From assembly GCA_032718475.1 (NCBI GenBank), contig JAUCBJ010007480.1, forward strand, positions 1 to 64,000: a stretch of 64,000 nt of DNA, read 5' to 3'. This stretch comes from Nemertoderma westbladi. Lineage: Eukaryota; Animalia; Xenacoelomorpha. Under the pieces are notes generated by a model. That model was not told the DNA's origin and did no database searches. It saw only the letters and a program-made list of their open reading frames with translations. This document shows, piece after piece, positions 35,159-46,402 of this stretch; positions within the stretch are counted from its first letter, which is position 1; every line of letters begins with the position of its first letter. Both the position numbers and the translations under genes were made by a program.

Positions 35159-35618
35159 TAAATATAGACATTATGTCATAGTGATCTCATTGGTAATATA
35201 AAAACTAATTAATCTAAAAATAGAAATCAATGTATAAAGTAAAAGTAATACAATTAATTAATTTAAAATAAAGTACAAATGAATAAATAAAGTAAAATAG
35301 AATACAAATAATTAATTAAAATTAAAAATAAATAAATAGGTATTAATGAATAAAAGAGCCGCGGTGTCACTTATGACACCCTCTTGAGCCGGCTCTGTGA
35401 CACTTGGACAACACTGATGACCCATTGTGTGTCAGGGCGCTAATCAGTCTGATTAATTAGGATAATCAATTAAACCCTAATATGACACCTGTTAGGGTTT
35501 ATTGTACTAATTAATTGATGACACCTTTCAATTAGGGTCTAATTAGCCTAATTGGGAGGTGTCACCCAGACAGTCTGGCGCCAATGACACCCAATGACAC
35601 CCATAGGGTGATAATTGG
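35159..35618 (-). repeat. Right TIR of outer Polinton, terminal ~69 bp missing
   Basis: Matches 1209-1669 inverted; lacks the CTACTACT end and a TSD. Confidence 0.92.
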
Positions 35619-35659
35619 TTAACTTTAAAATTAACGGAGCTTCGTGTCGCCCGCCCCTG
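35619..35659. mobile_element. Right end of the hAT-like TIR element
   Basis: TAACGGAGCTTCGTGTCGCCCGCCCCTG is an inverted match of 292-319 with one mismatch. Confidence 0.65.
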
Positions 35660-36383
35660 GGCTGCTGCTCTACGATTGGCTGTTGCCTTGTTAATTAATC
35701 GCCTATTTTCCTGATTAATCCCTGTCTCACTATGTATGGGCAAAGGCTTGTGGTTAGTAAGCCGATGCCTATAGTAGGTTGTTATATGCACTATACCAAT
35801 AAATATATACATGAAACAATAGGTTTAACATTTAGTACAAATTGATAGCTTGCGCGGCCATCTAACTGTCCAATTTGGCTCCTTTGGCAAGGCTCCCGAA
35901 ATTGATTTCCCATTTTGGTTACTAACTGTTTGAGGCGACATATTGGTTTTCTGGGTGATGAAGTGCCTAAGGGATCGCTCCTGTAACAGTGTGAGCGCAT
36001 TTTTTAAATGTCTAATGTTTAGTATTGCCATTAGTAGTCTTTTGTAGCCTAACAACCATAAATTTTTTGTTCAAGTGAATTTTCCAGTATAAAACTACTT
36101 TTTCACTATGACTCGAAAGAACTTGGTGTTCAGGTGACGGGAGAGGTCTGATTTCCAGATGGCATCCATTTTTGAGATGGCATCCATTTTTGATAGAGCT
36201 ACCCACACCTACATATCGTTACGAAACGTAAATACTATTATAAATACTAATAATATCCATCATACTACAGTATATAGACAAAGACTACAAAGTTTTCTAA
36301 AATTCAATAATTCAAAATTCCAACATTAAGGTTGATTAAATAGATTACTATTCAGTCATATACTCATATATCATTCCATGTTA

Positions 36384-37873
36384 TTAGATCCTGCGTTTAA
36401 ACACTACTCGATAGCTTGACGGTCTTCTTGTAATTCCACCCGCCACCTCCCCATGTTGTGGTAGTTTATCATCGCTGGGTGGCAATATCTCGAATGTATG
36501 CAGAAGAAATCCGTATATGATTCTCATTTCAACTTTAGACAATGATTCACCGATACAGATCCGAGGACCAATTCCAAAAGGCATAAAACATTCTGGGATT
36601 ACCAACTTATAATCGTCATCAAGAAAATGATGAGGGCAAAATTCATCGGGTTTCTCCCAAACGTCTGGATCGCGAGAAATCGCCCACAGGTTGGCGACTA
36701 GAACAGAATCACGAGGTAGATTGTACGACTGGAAAACAGTGTCGCATTCCAGTCTGTGAGGTGCGGTAAGGGGTGCAATACACCCAAACCTTAGCACCTC
36801 GCACAGTACGGCTTCCAAATACGGTAATTCCCGGAATATATCATTGCTTGGCAGACCATTTCGACCAACTTTGCTCTCCAGTAAATCCTGGCATTTTTTC
36901 TGAATGGCTGGATTCTTAGCCATAATTAAAACGAACCAATAAACAGCATTAGATGTGGTATCAGAGCCCGCAATAAACAAATCCCTAATAACTAACATAA
37001 TGTTATCATCATTGACATATTTCAAATCCTCGGATTTTGCATTAGATGAAACATGCTTCATATAGGAGTCAATTAAATTCGTATCTTCGTTGTCGTAATT
37101 GAATGCAGCTCGATGTGAAGCAATTTCTTTCCGCATAAGATTTTTCATTTTGATTTCGGCTCTATGATATTTGTTGCTAACTGTACCTGGTATCCAATAC
37201 GGAAGTATCGGCTGCTTAGAAGGACCAGCAGTTCGCATTATTATCTCATTGGATTCCATAAACTCACAGAAATATGGATCACCTGTATCAAATCGTTTGC
37301 CAAAAATAAAAGTACAAATGACATTAAAGATGGTCACGCAAATAGCTTTGTGTGGATCGTAATCTTCGTGTTCATGACTGAGCAACTCATCACAAAGATG
37401 ATTCGCTTCGTTGATTACTCGCTGTTCTATTCTACTGCTGCCAATTCCAAAGTTGCGAAAAACTCGAGTGACCAGACGTCGCATCACAGCCCAAGATTTC
37501 CCATCATTGAAAACCAAGCCAGTTTTATTGGATGGTCTATCAGTTTTGTTTATTACTGGTCTTCCTGAGAAAATCTTGGAATTTTCAACAAAGGCTTCTT
37601 TGACCAAAGCGTAATTGTTTAACACAAAGAGATGCTTGGGACCAAGTTTTATGGTTATAAAGCCACTTCGTAATTCTTTGGACCAGTTAGTGAGTGTCTG
37701 AGGAAATGTATAGGAATCGAGTAAAGATAGAAGATTTCCCAAGAGAGGTAGACCCCTATGAGACGGGGGTAACTTATCATCGCGATGGTTACAGTATGAT
37801 AATAGAAGTAAATATAGACTCCCAGAAATACAGTCACGAATAAAACAATCGACAAGATATCAACCTCAACCAT
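36384..37873 (-). CDS. Cytochrome P450, clan 2, intronless; frameshift just after the N-terminal anchor (pseudogene or sequence error)
   Basis: TM anchor, KLPP..GLPLLGNL, W...RR, AGSDTTS, EVLR, PFGIGPRICIGE; anchor and catalytic domain lie in different frames. Confidence 0.92.
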
Positions 37874-38049
37874 ATTTTTGTATATAATTATTTCACTTTA
37901 ATAATTTATGTTAATAACAGAAATCAAATATCGATTGTAGCAAATAACTTCCCACCTTTTTTTGACCTTCCAGACCACTACAGACCCCAAACATAAGAGT
38001 TGTTTATGTTACTAATTTGAGGGGGGGGGGGGGGGGGGGACTTGACGCG

Positions 38050-38935
38050 AATCCCATCTCGGCGAAATAATATTTCGTCTCAATGTTAAATTACAATGAG
38101 CAGGTTACAGTGGCACGTTATTCTAACCAAAACAATAAACGAAAGTCAATAGAACAGGTTACAGGTTTATTTTTTAAGAGTAATCAGCTGTTATTAGTAT
38201 CGATTTTCCACGAGGTAGGGATAAATTTTGATTGTGTCGGAATTCCCCACCCCCCCATACTTTTTCAAATTTCAATAACATGCCTGAAAATGAAGATAGA
38301 CAACTTTTCTTACTTCTGGCAGAGCAGGATTTTTAAATTTCTGAGCTATTTCGATACTGTGACGGGATCCAACGGAGTTGGCAGTATGGATCCCGACCGG
38401 TGTGTGTGTTATACGCGTCGCCGCTTTTGCTTGCTTCTGCTTGCTTCTGCTTGCTTTTGCTTGAGCTATTTCGATTCGATACGGTACAAAATGCAATTAA
38501 ATAATGTCTTTTTTATCAATATTTAACAACCTCAGTTGGCTTTATTTTTTGTCTTTTTAACACGTTAGTATTTTAATAATATCTTTGGCAATTTTTGGTG
38601 AAATTTAAAACGGTTTTCAGATTCGGAATCTGCAGATGAAGGCTGTTCTAATGATATCTAAATTGCATAAGAAAGACGACAAATAAGGACGACGGAGGTG
38701 GCTAAAAATTGCCAAATAGAAGATATTTAACGGCTTGTTGTATCGAAATAGATCAGAAATTACAAATTCCGGATCTGCCAGCAGTAAGAAATGTCACCGA
38801 ACTATCATCACACTAAATACATTTTGTAGCTTTTGAGATTGAAATTTGAAAATATTTTGGGGGCGAGACTCCGACTTGCTAAAAACGGTTATTGTATTAA
38901 GGGAGATGGTGTTTAATGGGAGATGGAATTAAATG
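38050..38935. mobile_element. Possible MITE-like non-autonomous DNA element
   Basis: Degenerate inverted ends (CCCATCTC / GAGATGG) and internal GAGCTATTTCGAT motifs in both orientations. Confidence 0.3.
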
Positions 38936-40227
38936 GTAAATAATTATACTATTAATATTAACATTTAACACAGGTACTGTATTTAAATATGCCCTACTAT
39001 AATTCAATGGATTATAGATTCGAATAAGGCGCTCACATTGTTAAAAATGCTTGTACAAATACGGCACCTAATCTATAATATATATTTTCAGTAAATAAAT
39101 AATACTGTACAATATCAGTACTTTATGATAAAAAATTGTATTTTGAACTCTGACGTAATTCAATAATAAAACAAAGTAGTCCAATAAAGATACCAAATAG
39201 AATCAATAATGCTAGAATATCCCGTAGTATTTGCCAAATATTTACTCTCATCCTTTGGGCATATAGCTGAGTCCATGTGTTTGTACTCTGAACAGTAGGC
39301 CTAGGCCTACACTGCCTTAGTGGAAAGTGTAACTTTTATACGGGGATGAAACCTGGAATCTGACAAAATCACTTTAACAAAGAATTGATGGTTGTTACAA
39401 GACTGCTGACTACTAAAGGCAGACATAAAGATGAGCTGGAGACAACACATGACAAATGGCGTTCTTTATGGTAGGCCTTCAATACCACTTGTATCAACTA
39501 CAATTCTTGCTATGTCATTTTTAACATAATCACTACCATTGAAAAATGTCGGAATAAGACAAGTGACGAAAATTCAACATTTATTAAAAGCTATTGATGA
39601 TAAAATCTTGAAGTTTTAAAAATTTTAGATTTGACCTACAGAATTATGTGAGTCCGCAACGAAAAGTAATTAAAGTTTTAATTTGGAGTACCTACACCCC
39701 GTATGCATATTACACAGACAATTATTTCCTTTGAGTTTACAACCAATCAAATCCATCCTTTAGGTCTCTACAGTATGTTCTGTATTGCAGCTGAAACGTT
39801 TAAGAACAGCGTTACGGACTCCCACATTTTCGTTAACGGACTCACCATGCGGTAGGTTTAGGTATGAATCATTATGCTTTGTATACATTATTCACTATGT
39901 AAACTGAAAGTATTTAACTCATTTTAGTCTGACAAGTGTCCATCGACAGTACATTCGAAGTATTCATTCATACATTATCCTACTGTAGGCCTAGGTACGA
40001 CATTCTGCATTGCGCCCGTTTAATCCTGTCTGATTCGGCTAATAACGGCATATCATCACGGATGACATAAATTACTGACAAAGGATGGTATAGTATGATA
40101 TCCGCGAAGTCGGCCAAAATTTTCATGAAACAAGTGAGTAAGTGATGGATTGTGATACAATAAAATTTTGTTCGACCGTTAGGCCAGAGATTACACACAA
40201 AGTCTCAATAATTATTTTCAGACCTAC

Positions 40228-41418
40228 TGTTCGCGCTTTCAGACCTTTGGCAGTTTAACCCGCCAAATTAAGATGTCTTCTAGATATTAAATCGCTTTTT
40301 AGCCTATGACAAGTATTTGATTCACTACACTAGTCGAAACCAATCCGTGCGCGACCATTCACCCGCTGGATATTCCCGGGAGATTGGGTTCGACGGTTTA
40401 ATTTTATTGCTATGTAAGCCTAATGTATTATTCGACTGACAGTATTATATAATCTCTGACAATATTATTCACCTTCGGGAATATTAACAGTTCCTTTAGG
40501 ACGTGGCGCTTTATCTATATAAACAGAGTTATGACTTAAACTACTCACAACGATATGGCTTAATTATAATTCACATATATGGCGCATTCTTTAGGAATGC
40601 TTCTTTAACAGACTCACTCATACGCAATGCTGCACAATACTGCACACTAATCTGCCAATCTTCACTGATTTTAGTCACATATAAAAGGAACACAGACTGA
40701 CTCATGTAGGGTCTATCAAATAACATTAGATTCACTTCAAACCACTTTAACATAAGTCACAATCGTTATTGGTAACCTTTCTCTCTTACCTTCGGTATAT
40801 CAAGAATATTGGGTATCGGGGTTATTTCTCGTTATTCCAATATAATAATTCATCAACAAATATAATGAATAACCGACAACAAATAGCAGTATACAGTATG
40901 ATTGAGCAGGTAATTTTGCAGTTTCGCAGTTATTAAAAGCCGTGTGGCAGCAGTTGCTGTCGCCAGTTAAAGGATATATGTCCTTATAATTAAACCTACT
41001 AGTGTTGAGCTAAAAAGCAGAAAGCACAAAACACTAAAAAGCCGTTCTTTCGTGGCTTTGAAAAACTCGTGACTACTGCTCTATACGAGGATACCAACTC
41101 CCTTATTCCACGAAGCTCCCGTTCAACACAGAGAAAGAGCAGTGAGATAGGAAATTTTCAGTTCAGTAGCCTGTGATAGGTCAAAATCAAGGCTAACTCA
41201 AATTCTATTGGGAGATACAAAAACAAGGCTATGACGCAACCTCCCTAGGCTTGTTGGCCGATTAAACAGAGCCCAGATGCCTGCGTACAGCAAATCAGCC
41301 AATAAGCTGGTAACTTGCACTATTTTTAGCTGTAGATCACTTTGAGAGTATTCTTAGCGACTGGGGGGGAACTGGCCAACAAGGCAAACGAATCAGTTAT
41401 CCCACAAAAGCTTTTACA
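40228..41418 (-). repeat. 3' LTR
   Basis: TGTTCGCGC...CTTTTACA; short purine-rich tract GGGAGCGG adjacent on minus strand. Confidence 0.95.
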
Positions 41419-43596
41419 CCGCTCCCAGAAAATGGGATTTAAGTCTATAAAATATACAAAATCACAGTTTCTAAAATATAAAAATACTCTAAACAGTTAG
41501 TCTTTCTTGCGCGGACGGCGTTTACGCAGTTTCTTGAGGCTAGCAAGAGTCCTTTTCTCTTTGGGGGGAGCCACTTTACTAGGAGGGCCATAACTCCTGG
41601 GTGAAGGGTGCAATATGATTGCATCAGAAGGTGTAGATTTATGGTCGAGGTATCTGCCGTTTCAATATGCTTCTCCTCGAGCTGATTTTCCTCCGCTCGT
41701 AGCTGGATACGTTCATCCAAAAACTCTCGCAGAGAATAGGATCGTCCAAGTTCGATAACTTCTTAGAGATTCTGGATTTCCCAATCGAATTGAGATAAGG
41801 CCAATTCGTTTATCGATTGGACTTACTGTTATAACTTACGTTTATCTGAACAAACGCAGGTTTCTTTTTTGATCTTTATAGAATAGCGTTTAACTCGTTT
41901 CGTACAACGCTCTCCTTCACCTTGATGAGGGGTTGTATCGCGTTAAACGGGGACGACCATACGGTTGGATAGTGATATTAGGTGTCCGCGTCACAATCCG
42001 GCTAGGTAAGATGGGCGGCTAGCTAGAAATCACTGTCGGAGTGTTACCGATTAATTGTTAGGGTAGCACTAGATCTTTGAACAGTGAATACAGTCCGCGA
42101 GGATCCGCGACACCACCAGGATCGCAGGTCTGAGGTCCAACTAAGGAATGAGGAGGTTTGACCGAGTATTCCGGGACTCTGATCGTAGGTTTACTCCAGG
42201 ATCGTTCGAGCCGAGTGAGCATAGGTGATACGTCAACAAGTTTCGGTTTACGTGGATGTTTATGTCTTTCCGTTTATTAGTTGGGTCTAGGGCATTTATC
42301 GTAATAATACCAAAGACGCACGTCTGGTAGGGTAAACGCGGGTGATATTTATTTGTTGTTACAATGCTTCTATCAAGAATTCCAAATATACGTTGGAGTT
42401 ACCGCGTCCATTTGTTTCTTTAGTGTCTTTTCTTTCGAGTCGATTTCGAATAGAATTTTCGCATTCGAATTTCAGTTTATGGTTCCGACTCCGCTGGGCA
42501 GGATATATAGTCGACATAGTCCGTATTGTGTAAATCGATAGGATGACCAGTAGTTAAGAAGCCCATATACGTACCATTACGCTGCGTATATCGAGCAGCG
42601 AATTTTCTATAGTCCAACTCGCGCGAGCTGCTCTTGGGACATTGGCGGTTCGATATAACGACCATCGTCCTCCGCAGCAGTTGGACTAACGTCGCCGCGT
42701 ATTAAGCTATCAACAAACGCTTGTAAAAGTAGAGTATATCGCTCCCCGATACCAAGACCATCTTCTATCAACTCCGTCATATCTGCTATATATGAGTTTA
42801 TCCATATTATAATGAGTCTACATTTAGGCGAGCGGGCGTCGCTGCCTACCCCAATCAACCCCCGGACAGTACGAGATCCTCAGCGCCGATGTGTCGTCGC
42901 CGCTGTACTTTCGCCAACGACGTAGCCGCACAACGACAACGACAACCGGCACAAGTCACTCAACTGTCCGTCCCAAAGGCTTAGATGTACTTCAGGTTTT
43001 CCTTGGAGAGTTAGGTTACTTTTACGATTGCGACTAGCTACTGTAAACACACCTTAGCAGTAACATTCACCTATAAACTCACAAATACCACGCACACAAC
43101 TTGTCACAAATTACACACATTCGGGCCATTTGTCCGTTAGTCAATGCCTTCCAGAATGTCACTGTATTATTATGTATCCTTGGATACTAGCAGTGCGCTA
43201 TTTATTCCCTATGCTATTCAATGGGACAAGCTTTCTATTGTTCTTTTAACTCAATTCTAATTCTAGCGTGGTTGTTGCTATGGTGACATTATGCAAAGCT
43301 AGCGGTAGAATTAGTGTAATTCCAATGCATACAGATCTGGGATGTTATTTAATAGTATTCTTTAATAGTCAATGTTCTGTTTTATACATGACTTTATGAA
43401 TTTTATCGGCTATTAACTATGTTTGGGAGACTTTCGTACACGCATACGCATAATAATATAAATCTCCGCTCCCTTGATCTATTAATTAATGGAATTTTGG
43501 GAATGTTATAAATCGCGTAAAATGGCAATTTATTAAATTCATTAAAAGACATGAATTTAAATTTATTCCCTGAAATTTTATTATTTGATAATTAAA

Positions 43597-43915
43597 TGGG
43601 CATATTTTGATTCTAGAACATGTCTAGGGACACAAGATCCTTAATTCTAAGAAAATTGTCTCTTTAAGAATATCGGTAAATGCTACGATATCTTAATTGA
43701 CTAGAATTGTTGAAGGATCTGAATTTTACAGATTTTGACTTATTTGATTTGTAAATATTAACTAATTAATATTTGAGATGGGCACCGATTTATTCCAGAA
43801 CTTGTCTGGGGACGTTAACCACTGATTCTATAATTTGTCTTTCAAGTATATCGGTGGGTGCCACGATATCTTAATCGACTAGAATTACAGATGGTCAAAG
43901 GGTTTAACAGATTTA
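43597..43915. repeat. Diverged ~180-bp tandem duplication in the BEL internal region
   Basis: ATGGGCA..AGAAC.TGTCT.GGGAC..TATCGGT..ACGATATCTTAAT.GACTAGAATT occurs twice. Confidence 0.6.
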
Positions 43916-44431
43916 TTTTGCGTTATACGCTACTGTTAAAGGGACATCACGCTACTATATGTATTATTTAATATACGGTATGAGAGCAATATCGCACGAA
44001 GCAATGTCAGTGTGAAGAGGCAAGTCGTTTCCAAGGTCTACCCAGAGCTTGGTTTAGCCGAGACACGAGGATCTGAACTTTGCATTCCTAATACTCTGCC
44101 TACCAATAATACTTAAATATAGTAGTGGCTTTATTGTACTTTAATAAGTACGGACATTTCATCTTACTGTAGTTACGTATTTATAATATAATACGGACAG
44201 TAAGGAAAGAGAAAAATAATTATTTCTTCGCCGTCTCAATAAATATAATATAAGTAATTACGTACGTAATAAACACAAATATATTGCACTATTCTACAAA
44301 ATAATCGCTAAATAATATTCTACTAAATTAAATAAAACGATTATAATAAAATTACATAGTAATACATACATAAATATAAAAATAATAATATAATATAAAA
44401 TAATCGAGTCACATGCCCACTCCGAACGATA

Positions 44432-45523
44432 TTAAGTTGGGGAGTCCCTAGATGTCGGTTGGATTAGGGAGGTGGTCGTGGGAAGAGAATCTTGCCTTCC
44501 ACAGTTTCCGGAGAGTCCTCCATTCCCTTCCGATAAACACAAACGACCGACTGGGTGATTGAGTCGCTGCATCCTGAATACAATTCCAGGTTTCCTCTTC
44601 GTCCTGGAATAGTGACGATAGAAACATCGCTCAAAGTATATGACGGCGTCACAAAGCCGATTCCAGGAGCTATAGTGGTCCATCGCTCTCTGCAGGAGAG
44701 GTGAGAGTCCCTGCGAGACGTCTGATGTTCCAGAGCTCCAATCGCTCTCTCTGATCTTCATGAAGGATCCACTCGCGGTGGGGAGGTCCAGATCCACGGC
44801 GTCGTCCCTGGCAACATGTAATACCGACAGATCTATCCCGGGTTCAAATAACTCCGATCCACCCGTCCGGGTTTTAGGTTTAACTTTCTCCGCTCCCTTG
44901 GCTGGTCTAATCTCAGTCGGAGTAGGATGGGGAGGCCATTCATCCTCCTTACTCAGGAAGTCGGGTTCACCTAACCGGTCTGTAGTATCTGTCAGTTCTT
45001 GAGGAGTTGCTCCTCTGGAAACGATGTCAGTTGTATTCATCGTTTTGGGGCAATATCTCCATTGATCTACGTTGGAGTTAAGATTGTCATTATCTGAGGA
45101 GTGTGGTGTTCCCTCAGTTGGGTCGTCTCCCTCACTAGTATCATCTTCCCATTCACTCCGCTTGCGTCCTTCTGGGCTCCTCTCCGATGACTCCGAGGCG
45201 CACCCATGAGGCGGACGCTGTCCCACCACCCTTGGGGCCAGTCCGACTGATGTTTTTATCAGACCGGGCCGGAGGGTAGCCCGATGCTTCCCGGGTTCAC
45301 TTTTCAATCCCCCGATCACACCGGCACAACTCGTCGGTGTAGCCAGATGGTCGGCTACTGTCAACTTGCTGTGGCCTGACTGTACATTGAGCCAACTCAG
45401 AGAGTCAACCGGCGGGTGGACCAGTCGATAGCGATCGAGCATCAAGGTCGCCCTTGAGCCAAACCGACGGTCTTGTCCCAAGTGGGCTTGTGCTACCCAA
45501 CATGGAATATTGACCGTTTTCAC
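44432..45523 (-). pseudogene. ORF containing a remnant of the BEL RNase H C-terminus and linker
   Basis: QWRYCPKTMNTTDIVSRG..GEPDFL...EWP and YSSWNRL resemble BEL QWRHVP..NPAD..SRG..GP.FL..WP and SSW.KL. Confidence 0.7.
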
Positions 45524-46402
45524 CCGCCTCGCCGGCAGTATTGAGGGTTAACCACTCCGCAACAATACTGACTAGCTCGAAAGCTAGGAACAAGTAACCA
45601 CTTACCAGTCACTGTACACGTGTACTCAACAGATGCTCACGAAATCGAGTACACAACGGTAAACACAAAATCGAACACATACCATGCACACACAGAGGAC
45701 ATAATCGGGGAAGACAAAATCGGTGACAAAATCAGAGGGGACAAAATTGTATCGACTAATAAAAGAGTCGAGAGTACCTTATTTTGCCGTCAGGGCAAAA
45801 TAACTTTGTGTGCACAAAGTATGCTGGGGCGCAGTGAAGATATGGTCTTATTAATAACCAGCGGCGACTGGACCAACCGGCAAGGGTTCCCATACTCACT
45901 CGCAGTGGCCATACATACACTCACGTATACCACGTACACACACAAACCACAGATTCCAGAGTATCATTCACTCGGACCACACTACAACACTAACCCCTCC
46001 TTGCAGCCGATATTCCGGGTGCCACCTCCATTCCAATAGTAGTACCAACAGAATCATCAGAACCTGTCCATTCCGATGCAACACCTCCATTCCAATAGTG
46101 CTACCCTGGGAAAAAACACGTTTTGGCAACCGATCGGAGACAGTACAGAGTCTGGTCAACTCATACATACCAAACATAGACCTACCACATAAACCACATA
46201 AACCACAGATCACACTAAGCCACCACCCCTACTGTGTACAGGACTGGCAGTACGGCAACAGGCCGACTAGACGGTACCACGGCACCATGTTGATTCATGG
46301 TTCGCAAGACACGAGGGCCTTCAGTAACTCCCTTGCACTATAGCGTCGATTTAACGTGTCCCCAGAGCCTCACGAGTCCGCCGCCGCCTGTTCCAGGCAC
46401 CC

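Larger units (their letters stand above)
1140..35618. mobile_element. Outer Polinton/Maverick-like element (~15.7 kb without the nested element); pPolB, TBP-like and PC4-like genes, no recognisable integrase or virion genes
   Basis: AGTAGTAG 5' terminus at 1140; long near-identical TIRs 1140-1669 and 35159-35618; protein-primed PolB gene. Confidence 0.88.

Noticed and set aside
284-35667. Intact 35-kb hAT transposition unit
   Set aside because: Flanks do not form a TSD and no transposase is present
38021-38039. Poly-G run as a G-quadruplex regulator (also 59223-59242)
   Set aside because: Simple homopolymers with no further support
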